NCBI GenBank assembly: GCA_037917685.1 | Contig: JAVCBU010000006.1 | Span: 256,001 to 320,000 of the forward strand | Direction: 5' to 3' | Length of the DNA stretch: 64,000 nucleotides | Source: Thermoproteota archaeon | GTDB lineage: Archaea > Korarchaeota > Korarchaeia > Korarchaeales > JAOZGB01 | Shown: positions 19,585 through 28,707 of the stretch, piece after piece | How positions within the stretch are numbered: the first letter of the stretch is position 1 | Layout of the letters: each line of letters begins with the position of its first letter | Notes under the pieces: generated by a model | The model's database searches: none | What the model saw: only the letters and a program-made list of their open reading frames with translations | Told to the model about the DNA's origin: nothing | Made by a program: the position numbers and the translations under genes

Positions 19585-22443
19585 ATGAACGTTAGGGTCG
19601 CCCTAATTCTAATCTTAATTTTAGGCTTCAGCGAATCAGCAACGAGATCCCAGAGCATACAGACAATATCCGGAAGGACTATAGACTTTTACTCGGGGAA
19701 ACCAGTGCCCAATGTCACTGTAATTCTCCTAAATTCTAAGAGTCTAAGAAAATTCCAAGGCCTTTCCGATGGGGAAGGAAACTTTGAAATCCCTGTGGAG
19801 CCAGGCGAGTACTACATATACTCATATTACGACTCACCTTCAACACTTGGATTTGACTCTCCGCTTATCAGGTCTAAAAATACCTACAAGCCTGGCTCCA
19901 TAAACATTACAATACCAATAACACCAGGCGGCTCGATAGTTTTAGAGGGGGTTCTCTGGGATGTTGGATTAGGATATCCAGACTTCTACGCCTTCACGTT
20001 AAATATCTCAATGGATTTAGGTGAATTTTACACGGTTAAAACGTTTGGTAACCCGCCTTACAAGTATAAGGAGGGAGATGAGATACGATACATCGATTTC
20101 GACAAGAGGACGGTGTTAGTTCCATGCAGAACCGTCGAATTAATGTTAAGCCTCTTGTACCTAAACATATCTGTCGGCAGTCTCTTCTCCTCCTTTGAGA
20201 TAAAAATTTGCGATAAAACCGGGGAGGGTTTCAGTATAAAACAAGGAGAAAGTCTAACGATAAACTTAGAACACGTCATGATTCCTTGGAATGTAAAAAG
20301 GGCGGAGAAATCCATCTCTAAAACTAGATCCCTGATTTCCTCAATGGAAAACACAGGTTTTTACCTGGCTGTCGAAAAAGAACGGCTGAATGAGGCTGAA
20401 AGGCTTCTATCAGAACTGGTAACGTCGTCTAACCTGTCATTTCTCGAGTATAAGGAACCCATATATGAAGCATACCATATCGCAAGCTGGGAGGTACCAA
20501 GAAGGATAGAGCTGATGAGGATAAAAGCTAGGTCTAGTGCATTAGTTCTACCGCTATATGTATCCTTATTCTCAATTCTATTATCATATTTTATTTACGA
20601 TGAGAGAAGGAGGAAGCTTACTCAAGCATATGTACTACTGTCTATTTCGTCGTCGGCCTTGTTGTATTTCATCTTTCCTGGCGCTAAGTTTTTAGTGCCG
20701 CATTTATACATACTATCATCGCTGTCATCTATATTGGTTGTTTACTTCCTTCTCTTCAAGCTTCCTAACAAACTTACGAAAGAACTTAAGGTAGAAGGGC
20801 TGGTTTCCTTTAAGGATTTAATAACCGTTTTTTCATCGCTAGCCGTACGAAACCTTAAAAGGAGAAAGATTAGGGCTTTCTTTACAGTACTAAGCATAGC
20901 AATATTGGCAGCTGCATTTACCGATATGACATCATTCTCCGTTGTCTACGGGGTTAAAACGGAAAACTTAAACATACAATACTTAGATAACATGGCATAC
21001 CTCGTTATACCTTCGCAGAGATTCGATTCAGCTCCCATACCATTAGAAGAAGTAAACTGGTTGATCGAGTATTATAAAACCTCGGAATTCCACGTTAAAA
21101 TGGAGACATTTCCAACCTACCCAGTCGAGTTCGCGAAAATAGGATCTGGCGAAAGAATCATCGGCATACATGGCGTTATAGGACTAGCAGACAATATCAC
21201 AGAGCAAATCTTCCATTTGAGACCAAGAAGTGAAGATTGGATCATTATCTCTGAAAGATTAAGCATAGCAATGGGGCTAAGTGTGGGCGACACCGTCCAG
21301 ATTTATGCGCAGGAGCCTAGTGGGTACGTATCAGCGTTAAACCTGACCGTTATAAATGTCATAAGCGACAACGAAGTAGAAACAGTGGTAGATCCAGATG
21401 GAACCTCGTTCTTACCAGTTAAAGATCCGAATACGGGGGAAAGATGCAAGCCAGAGGAAACCATAATAATTGGGCTTCAATCATGTAAGGCGCTTGCTAG
21501 ATCCATCCCGCTGAAGACCTCAGGCATATACGTTTTCTCGGAGCCTGAGATGTTATCAAGACTAGCCTACAAGTTCGCCTCGATGAGAATGTATAACGTT
21601 TACTTACATCACAATGGCAGGGTTAAGCTTTACCATATTGGCGAAAAACTTGAAATTAGAGGATTAGGTCCTCTTTTAATTCCCATGTTAATAGTAATAT
21701 CAAATGTTGCCGCTGTGACCCTTAATACCGTGTATGAAAGGATGAATGAAGCTAGATTACTATCAAACCTAGGGCTGAATCCTAAGTATATCTCGACGGT
21801 ATTCATGATGGAGTCAATAGTGACAAGTATGATAGGCGGATTTCTTGGCTACTTTACTGGTCTTCTAATCTATAGAGGCATGGTGTTTTTCAGTTCATCT
21901 TTACTAGTTAGGGAGAAAGTTGAGTGGTACTGGCCTATAATAGCTGTATTCCTCTCACTGGCTGTTTCTACACTAGCTTCTGCCAAGTTCGCTGTCACGG
22001 CGTCTCTTAAAATAGTTCCATCCAGGATGCGGAAAAAAGTGAAAACCGATGCTAGAGCGAGATTTAAAGCATATGGGGTTAGGACATACTCTATGCCGGT
22101 TAGAGTACCTATAATCGATGAAGAGTTTTTCCTGGGATTTATAGAATCGGAACTGTCAAGCTATAGGGGTTACACCCAAAGTGTAAGCGAAGTTAGGAGG
22201 GAAAAGCATGTTGAAGACGGTAAAGTTATAGTAACACTTTCATATAAGTATAAAAGACTCTATGGAGCTAAACACCATGAGATTGTGGTTAAACTTCGCC
22301 TCATCAAGTATCCTGACCGCGATTACTATCTTATAAATGCTGAGGCATCTCCAGTTATACCTGGGACCCCTGAGAAAGCTTTAGATGATGCAATATCATT
22401 TCTTAGAGATATCTTAATGTATTGGTGTAGAAGTAGGGCATGA
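19585..22443 (+). CDS. Large FtsX/MacB-like permease with an N-terminal carboxypeptidase-regulatory-like domain
   Basis: Signal peptide; ISGRTIDFYSGKPVPNVTV; RNLKRRKIRAFFT; VYERMNEARLLSNLGLNP...MES FtsX signature. Confidence 0.78.
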   Translation: MNVRVALILILILGFSESATRSQSIQTISGRTIDFYSGKPVPNVTVILLNSKSLRKFQGLSDGEGNFEIPVEPGEYYIYSYYDSPSTLGFDSPLIRSKNTYKPGSINITIPITPGGSIVLEGVLWDVGLGYPDFYAFTLNISMDLGEFYTVKTFGNPPYKYKEGDEIRYIDFDKRTVLVPCRTVELMLSLLYLNISVGSLFSSFEIKICDKTGEGFSIKQGESLTINLEHVMIPWNVKRAEKSISKTRSLISSMENTGFYLAVEKERLNEAERLLSELVTSSNLSFLEYKEPIYEAYHIASWEVPRRIELMRIKARSSALVLPLYVSLFSILLSYFIYDERRRKLTQAYVLLSISSSALLYFIFPGAKFLVPHLYILSSLSSILVVYFLLFKLPNKLTKELKVEGLVSFKDLITVFSSLAVRNLKRRKIRAFFTVLSIAILAAAFTDMTSFSVVYGVKTENLNIQYLDNMAYLVIPSQRFDSAPIPLEEVNWLIEYYKTSEFHVKMETFPTYPVEFAKIGSGERIIGIHGVIGLADNITEQIFHLRPRSEDWIIISERLSIAMGLSVGDTVQIYAQEPSGYVSALNLTVINVISDNEVETVVDPDGTSFLPVKDPNTGERCKPEETIIIGLQSCKALARSIPLKTSGIYVFSEPEMLSRLAYKFASMRMYNVYLHHNGRVKLYHIGEKLEIRGLGPLLIPMLIVISNVAAVTLNTVYERMNEARLLSNLGLNPKYISTVFMMESIVTSMIGGFLGYFTGLLIYRGMVFFSSSLLVREKVEWYWPIIAVFLSLAVSTLASAKFAVTASLKIVPSRMRKKVKTDARARFKAYGVRTYSMPVRVPIIDEEFFLGFIESELSSYRGYTQSVSEVRREKHVEDGKVIVTLSYKYKRLYGAKHHEIVVKLRLIKYPDRDYYLINAEASPVIPGTPEKALDDAISFLRDILMYWCRSRA

Positions 22444-22487
22444 CGTAATAGTTTTAAGCATTAACCTAGCTATAAGGATGACCAGAG

Positions 22488-23288
22488 TTGGACCTCATAA
22501 CAAGGTTGATAGTAGGAACAATAGTGTGCCTAGTAATAGGGCTCCTGAGTTATAGAAAGAAGCTAGTTGACATGTCCGGCTTAATAGCTGGAATGATAGT
22601 TGGCGTAGGGATTTTCGCTATGGGAGGGTGGGAGCTGTATGTTCTCATCTTATCATTCCATCTTACGGCAGGCTTTTTCACCCATTACAAGTATGGGGAG
22701 AAATTGAAGAAGGGAGTTGCAGAGTTCAAGGGAGGCGCTAGAAGATGGAGTAATGTGTTTGCCAACGGCTTGGTACCGCTTGCCGCAGCATTTCTTGAGT
22801 TTGCTTCGAAAAAGGAGATATACCTGCTAGCCTATATGGGTTCTGTCTCAGCAGGCCTATCAGATACCTTAAGTAATGAAATAGGTGTCCTCAACCCCTC
22901 GCCTCCTCGGTTGATAACTAAACTTAAGGATAAAGTACCTCCAGGTACACCAGGTGGAGTCTCCCCGCTGGGTATACTAACTTCTTTCCTAAGCCCATTA
23001 CTGATAGGAATCCTTGCTGTCTTTTTGAATGTAGCGAGGCCGGAACACATACCCATTATAATGTCAGCTGGGGCAGCCGGAAGCATAATTGATAGTATCG
23101 TTGGAGCAAGCATACAGGCAATGTACCGTTGCAGTAGGTGTGGAAAACTAACTGAGAGAGAGTACCACTGTGGTAAAAAGGCGGTCCTCGTCAGAGGATC
23201 AACAAAGGTTAACAATCATGTAGTCAACCTTATAATGAGCGTTACCGGAGCTTGTGTTTCAATTCTGCTCTGGCAGCTCTTTTCATAG
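22488..23288 (+). CDS. DUF92 (TMEM19) integral membrane protein
   Basis: GARRWSNVFANG, DTLSNEIG, VPPGTPGGVS, DSIVGA and NNHVVN; C-terminal CxxC...HC. Confidence 0.88.
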   Translation: MDLITRLIVGTIVCLVIGLLSYRKKLVDMSGLIAGMIVGVGIFAMGGWELYVLILSFHLTAGFFTHYKYGEKLKKGVAEFKGGARRWSNVFANGLVPLAAAFLEFASKKEIYLLAYMGSVSAGLSDTLSNEIGVLNPSPPRLITKLKDKVPPGTPGGVSPLGILTSFLSPLLIGILAVFLNVARPEHIPIIMSAGAAGSIIDSIVGASIQAMYRCSRCGKLTEREYHCGKKAVLVRGSTKVNNHVVNLIMSVTGACVSILLWQLFS

Positions 23289-23301
23289 AGCCACGGTAAA
23301 A

Positions 23302-23339
23302 TTTAAGTAAGGGTTTTAATTCTATTCTAGCTGGAGGTG
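23302..23339 (+). promoter_or_regulatory. Probable TATA box and Shine-Dalgarno of tfb
   Basis: TTTAAGTA at 23302-23309 after a purine-rich BRE-like stretch; GGAGGTG at 23333-23339. Confidence 0.55.
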
Positions 23340-23347
23340 TTATTAAA

Positions 23348-24250
23348 TTAGTCGAAAACCTTAAAAAGCATATTCGCTGCCCCACCTGCGGGAGCAGCGA
23401 TATAGCAAGCGATCCTGACACCGGAGAACTCGTATGTGTAGAGTGCGGCCGGATAATAAGTGAAAGAATGGTTGACGTCGGCAAAGACTGGAGGGCATTT
23501 AGCAACGAGGAATACCAGTCAAGAGCCCATGTAGGAATAGCGATAACACCTACCCGGATAAACTACGGACTTGACACTTCCATAGTTTCAGGCGGGGAGT
23601 CGAGGAAGATAACGGAAAAGCTTAAGAGGGCTCAGAGAAGGGTTACAAGCGGCGTTTCACGGGAAAAAGCCCTTAGAATAGCCCTTAAGAAACTTAGAAG
23701 AGCAGCTGTAAAGCTTAATCTCCCCCCTGCGGTGTACCAGGATGCAGCAATCCTGTATAGGAAAGCATCCGCGAAGGGCCTCGTAAAAGGCCGTAGCATG
23801 GATTCAATGTTGGCAGCCGTTGTCTACGCAGCCTGTAGAAGGACGCACACTCCCCGAAACCTTAGAGAAGTCGCGGAACATTTTAAGATGAAGGAGAAAG
23901 AGGTTGGAAGAAGCCTAAGGTTCCTATTTAAGGAAATAGGGATCCAGATACCGCCGCCAAGACCAACAGATTACGTGTCTAGAATAGCTTCAAAGCTTGA
24001 ACTTCCCGATAAACTAGTTGCTAGAAGCCTCCAAATCCTAAAAGTTGCTAAGGAAGTCGGAGTAACAATGGGTAAGGAACCCTGCGGTGTAGCCACCGCG
24101 GCGGTATACCTAGCATGCCAAGAGGCTGGAATTCATAAAACTCAAAGGGAGCTAGCTGAAGTTGCAGGCGTAACTGAGGTAACTGTTAGAAACAGGTTCA
24201 AGGAGCTACTAGAAAAAGTTAAACCTGTACTTGATCAGAGAAGGAGATAG
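23348..24250 (+). CDS. tfb: Transcription initiation factor IIB (start codon non-canonical or uncertain)
   Basis: In-frame CPTCG...GELVCVECG zinc ribbon upstream of the tracked ATG at 23468; DWRAF; two cyclin repeats (KGRS, GKEP, TQRELAEVAGVTEVTVRNR). Confidence 0.9.
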   Translation, partial: LVENLKKHIRCPTCGSSDIASDPDTGELVCVECGRIISERMVDVGKDWRAFSNEEYQSRAHVGIAITPTRINYGLDTSIVSGGESRKITEKLKRAQRRVTSGVSREKALRIALKKLRRAAVKLNLPPAVYQDAAILYRKASAKGLVKGRSMDSMLAAVVYAACRRTHTPRNLREVAEHFKMKEKEVGRSLRFLFKEIGIQIPPPRPTDYVSRIASKLELPDKLVARSLQILKVAKEVGVTMGKEPCGVATAAVYLACQEAGIHKTQRELAEVAGVTEVTVRNRFKELLEKVKPVLDQRRR

Positions 24251-24254
24251 AGGA

Positions 24255-24569
24255 TTACTCTAGCTCAATACTGTCCTCCGGAATCCCCCATTCAACCAGC
24301 AACTTCTTAACCCTTGCTTTGTGGTTACCCTGAAGTATGATAACGCCGTCCTTAAATGAGCCGCCGCAGGCAAGTTTAGTTTTTAAGTCCGTGATAAATT
24401 TCTTAAGATCCAATCCTGAAGGATTTAGACCTTCGATCAATGTGACCTCTTTCCCCCATCTTCTTCTCTCGGTTCTGATCCTAACTATTTGCTGCTCCTT
24501 AGTTATCTCACCACATATACACAAGTCTTTGGGAAGCCCACAAACCGGACATCTCTCAGCCATACCCAC
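24255..24569 (-). CDS. Translation initiation factor aIF1 (SUI1/YciH); start may be ATG 24563
   Basis: CPVCGLPKDLCIC, GKEVTLIEG, LKTKLACGGS and LQGNH. Confidence 0.93.
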   Translation of the reverse strand: MGMAERCPVCGLPKDLCICGEITKEQQIVRIRTERRRWGKEVTLIEGLNPSGLDLKKFITDLKTKLACGGSFKDGVIILQGNHKARVKKLLVEWGIPEDSIELE

Positions 24570-24823
24570 TGCTCCTAACCCTTTCTACCTTAAACATCTT
24601 CAGCCTTATATAAAAATTAACAGGAACTATAGCAAATCTCGGTATTACAATAACTGTTATAAGTGTTACTATAAATTAAGCCTGATAAACCCTCTGTTTC
24701 TTTTAAAATAATACGTGAAACATAAACTACCCATAAAAGCTTGTTCCAAGAAAGAACTGGAGAAATAAAAGATTCGTGAAATGTTGCAAAACAAAACAGC
24801 TTTAAAAATACGCATATTACACA

Positions 24824-27130
24824 TTGAGAGGTAAAATGAAAAATAGAAAGATAGTATCTATCCTGCTGCTAGCCCTGCTCATCCTCCTAGTAAGAGTACC
24901 AAGCGTAGAAGCCTTCCCACGACTCACGGACTTCCCAGCTCCATTCGTACAAGACGGAAAGATCGACTACGACCTAGACGGAGAAAACGAGATTGCAATA
25001 ATCCTTGGGGAGACAGCGGCGGCATCCGACGTCCTAGGTGCAGGTATGATAGGTCTAAAAATAGGATCCCATCTCTACCTTAGCCATGCTGCATACCCAC
25101 CTGAGCCATTCCAGTTGCACGAGGTAGACCTAAATATTACACTCTACGAGTACGACTTCAGCGAATACTACACTGAATATGCTCCAGTATTTGACTATAC
25201 AAGCTACTACGCTACATGGGACGGGTCATATCCGCCGCCGGTGTTCGAGCTTAACTCAACATTCTACCTTCCAAGCATATATGGCGAGCCGGGCTGGACA
25301 ATCTGGGTGAACGAGTATGGTGTAACCCCAGTCGACCCATGCCTATGCCCAATACCCTACATAGAATACTTCACCTACAGACTTGGATGCAGAGGCTACT
25401 ACACATACGAGAACGTTGACTACCCGAGGCCAGACCTATACACATACTTCTACCAGTGGGGATACTATTATGACCCTACTCCAAGGCCATATCCACACTA
25501 CACGTTCAACATAGAACATCACCTAGTCTCATTTGAGTTCTACAATGAACTATCCGTGTGGATAGTCGGCGAACCTGTAGTTATACCATGGGCATGGAAC
25601 GTGATGCTTGAGGTAACCGCAATACACATTGCTCCGTGGGACTTTACGAACCTAACATCCAGAAATCACACGGTAGCTTTCGCGCTCAAAGATCAGGCGG
25701 GAAACATCATAGATTGTTGGATACAAAATGTAAGCCAGATATACAATGTAACATTCACCTACGTCTCATCATGCGGACTTACATTCCCATCGCTACTGCA
25801 CATACACGTTAGCAAGGTTTGCCCTGACTCAAACTGCGCCTATGTGGAGGTATGGAGTGCCCCAATACCGAAGCATGTTACAGTATATCAGGTTGACGGG
25901 ATTGACTTCATATGGGGCGTGAACGAGACCCCTGTATATGGTAGGCCGCCATGGTGGTACACACCTCTAACAGACCTAGAATGGGCGTATACCATACCGC
26001 CAGACTGGATATGCGGCGGAGATGTTGCAAGAATCGACACGTTTATGCCGGTGCATCCTCCATGGACTGGAAGAGCCTACCGGTTCATATGGATATCTCC
26101 ATATGAACTAACGGAAATCTGGAGATGCTACTATGTTAAGGTCATGGGGTGGGACACATGGCTTGAAAACGGGACAAAGATAATAGGCGGAGAGAAGTTC
26201 GTCTTTAAGAAATTCGTATGGACCGATAGCTATGGTAACATTCACGACATGACAAAGGCCGTCTACAGGATAAGGACGGTAGACCTACCATGGATGTTTG
26301 TAGAATACCTAGATATATACCAGACTGATTTCGACTGGGATGAGAACGTATGGGACAACGTACTATACCTAGGCGATTATCCGATGGTTACAGAATACTT
26401 CGAGCTTTCAAGCATCATCGGAGCTGACGTTACAGGTGTCTTCGGCGGCATATTTGACAGATTCATTGAAAGCGAGGAATATACAGGTACTACGAAGTAT
26501 GATATGACGACGATGCAGGACATAACCCCAGCAGAGGAGAAGGACTCAATATTCGACGGAGAAGACGTATTCAGCTACGTTAAGGCACCAGCATTCTACA
26601 TAGCAGGTAGTCCTGATGCTGAGCGTGCAAAGAGCGAGAAGAACCTAATCCTGATCGGAGGGCCACTGGTCAACAGTTATGTTAAGGAGCTTAATGATAC
26701 AGGCCTGCTGCCAATAAGCTTCATAGGAAACGACAAGCTTATGGACTGGAACAACCAGATATGGACCCTGGAAAACGTAACAGGCGTATACGGCTGGCCA
26801 CCAGAACTAGTACCAAGGATAACCTCAGGCCTAGGCGTAGTACAATATGCAAAGGAAAACCCATGGAACCCAGACAAACACATCCTAGTAGTAGCAGGAA
26901 CAGACAGATTCGGAACCTACGCAGCCTCAGTAGCCCTAGCAGACCCAACAAAGATAATCCGTGAGACCGCTGAGAACTGGTGCAAGGCTGGTGTTGAGAC
27001 TCCGTTCGCAGCCGTCATAGTGCTTGGCGTAACACCGGGAGTTGGAGTGCCAGGCGTGCAGCCGCCGCCGGGCGTCGTCTACGTATCAGTAGGCGAGCAG
27101 CAAGGAGAGACTCCAATAGCTGGAGGCTAA
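24824..27130 (+). CDS. S-layer protein (Methanococcales/Thermococcales-type N and C domains) with a large aromatic-rich central region
   Basis: Signal peptide; IILGETAAASDVLGA; NLILIGGPLVNS...LVVAGTDRFGTYAA; many sequons; long AT-rich upstream region. Confidence 0.8.
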   Translation: MRGKMKNRKIVSILLLALLILLVRVPSVEAFPRLTDFPAPFVQDGKIDYDLDGENEIAIILGETAAASDVLGAGMIGLKIGSHLYLSHAAYPPEPFQLHEVDLNITLYEYDFSEYYTEYAPVFDYTSYYATWDGSYPPPVFELNSTFYLPSIYGEPGWTIWVNEYGVTPVDPCLCPIPYIEYFTYRLGCRGYYTYENVDYPRPDLYTYFYQWGYYYDPTPRPYPHYTFNIEHHLVSFEFYNELSVWIVGEPVVIPWAWNVMLEVTAIHIAPWDFTNLTSRNHTVAFALKDQAGNIIDCWIQNVSQIYNVTFTYVSSCGLTFPSLLHIHVSKVCPDSNCAYVEVWSAPIPKHVTVYQVDGIDFIWGVNETPVYGRPPWWYTPLTDLEWAYTIPPDWICGGDVARIDTFMPVHPPWTGRAYRFIWISPYELTEIWRCYYVKVMGWDTWLENGTKIIGGEKFVFKKFVWTDSYGNIHDMTKAVYRIRTVDLPWMFVEYLDIYQTDFDWDENVWDNVLYLGDYPMVTEYFELSSIIGADVTGVFGGIFDRFIESEEYTGTTKYDMTTMQDITPAEEKDSIFDGEDVFSYVKAPAFYIAGSPDAERAKSEKNLILIGGPLVNSYVKELNDTGLLPISFIGNDKLMDWNNQIWTLENVTGVYGWPPELVPRITSGLGVVQYAKENPWNPDKHILVVAGTDRFGTYAASVALADPTKIIRETAENWCKAGVETPFAAVIVLGVTPGVGVPGVQPPPGVVYVSVGEQQGETPIAGG

Positions 27131-27144
27131 CCCCCTCCTTTTTT
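27122..27144 (+). terminator. Terminator of the S-layer gene
   Basis: GGAGG/CCTCC stem followed by T6 at the stop codon. Confidence 0.55.
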
Positions 27145-28657
27145 ACATATAGTAGCTTATCCTCTTTATCAAAGTACTTTCCACTGATACTGGCGGATTT
27201 GTTCTTGCAATTGTGCATGCTTCTTCGAGCTTTGTATGTTTCTCAGCATAAATTTCAAATAGGGGTTGGCCTTCTCGAACTCTTTCACCTTGCTTCCCAA
27301 ATAGTAATATACCCGCCCCTTTGTCGACCGGGGCTCCTGCAGCTCTTGCTACCCTCTTAATGATTTCATTACTTACTTTGGCGACGTATCCATCCGCTGG
27401 ACTGTAAAATGTTTCCTTTAATGGCCCAACTGGAATATCATCTGGTTTAATATCCGGATCCCCGCCTTGTGCCTCTATAATTTCACGCATTTTCTCATAA
27501 GCCTTTCCACTACGCAGTATTTCTTTAGCTCGTTTTCTCCCGTTTCCATAGGTTGCTTTTCCTCCCATTTCAAGAAGAATACCGGCTAAAGCTGTAGACT
27601 TCTCTACTAGAGAGCCGGGTCCTCCACCCATGAGAGTTTCTAAGGCTTCCTTTGCCTCTAGGGCTGGTCCTACAGCATGGCCGACAGGTTGCGAGCCATA
27701 TGTTATACCGCATTCAACCCTAATTCCAAGCTTCTCCCCCAGTTCAACAAACATTCTAGAAAGCCTTACAGCAGATTCTAAGTCGCGGACTTTGCTACCT
27801 TCCCCATATGGGACATCCATAACTAGAAAGTTTACGCCTAAAGCTGCTTTCTTCGCCATTATAGAAGCAACCATCTGGCTTTCAGGATTTAGGGATATTT
27901 TATAGCCAACTTCAGCGAAAACGTCGTCTGCCGGAGCCAAGCCTAAAGCCTTACCCCATACAATTGCTCCACCAATCTTTTCAACAATCCTTTTGAACTC
28001 GTCGATTTCAAGCTTTACATTTGCAAGGACTTCCATAGTATCAGCGGTTCCAGCGGGGCTTGTTATAGCCTTACTACTAGTCTTAGGTATTAGGAGCCCG
28101 TCAGCTGCCACTATGGGGACTATAAGCAACGAAACCTTATTACCCGGTACTCCCCCTATCGAGTGTTTAGAATAGACAGGCCTACTGAAGCTAATCTTTT
28201 CTCCGGATTCAACCATGGCTCTACTCAAGTAGAGTATCTCCTCAGAATCTAAACCCTTTACATATTCAGCTATTAGAAAGGAAGCTATTTCAGTTCTACC
28301 CAGTCTTCCCTCAATCACATCATTTACTATCTCTTGGATTTCCTCCTTCGTCAGTTTCGAACCATCAAGCTTCTTCCTAATATACTCCATCGAGCTAGAA
28401 GGCGGGCAAGTTTCTACATTTACATAGTCTCCAGGACTTGTGTGCAACTCTTCAATAATGAATCTTGGAAGCATAATACAGCTACCCTCAAACTTATCTA
28501 TCGTCCCCACTATTTCCACAACAGCCCTCCTCTCTTTATATATAAGGGTTATCCGCTCCCCAACCTTAAAATTGAACTTTTCTAAGCAATCTTTTGATAG
28601 AATCGCGATCTCCCTGTCGGTATCTATATTCAGATTAACTATTTTAAGTTCAGGCAA
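27143..28657 (-). CDS. AMP phosphorylase, paralog 2
   Basis: KHSIGGVPGNK, PKTSSKAITSPAGTAD, LAPADD, SIMAKK, GPALEA and ARAAGAP. Confidence 0.88.
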   Translation of the reverse strand: MPELKIVNLNIDTDREIAILSKDCLEKFNFKVGERITLIYKERRAVVEIVGTIDKFEGSCIMLPRFIIEELHTSPGDYVNVETCPPSSSMEYIRKKLDGSKLTKEEIQEIVNDVIEGRLGRTEIASFLIAEYVKGLDSEEILYLSRAMVESGEKISFSRPVYSKHSIGGVPGNKVSLLIVPIVAADGLLIPKTSSKAITSPAGTADTMEVLANVKLEIDEFKRIVEKIGGAIVWGKALGLAPADDVFAEVGYKISLNPESQMVASIMAKKAALGVNFLVMDVPYGEGSKVRDLESAVRLSRMFVELGEKLGIRVECGITYGSQPVGHAVGPALEAKEALETLMGGGPGSLVEKSTALAGILLEMGGKATYGNGRKRAKEILRSGKAYEKMREIIEAQGGDPDIKPDDIPVGPLKETFYSPADGYVAKVSNEIIKRVARAAGAPVDKGAGILLFGKQGERVREGQPLFEIYAEKHTKLEEACTIARTNPPVSVESTLIKRISYYM

Positions 28658-28707
28658 GCAATCCCAGAACCATCTAAAGTAATTATCTATATAAAAATCT
28701 GTGCCGT

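Noticed and set aside
24824-27130. Diversity-generating retroelement acting on the S-layer gene
   Set aside because: No template/variable repeat pair and no reverse transcriptase seen in the window
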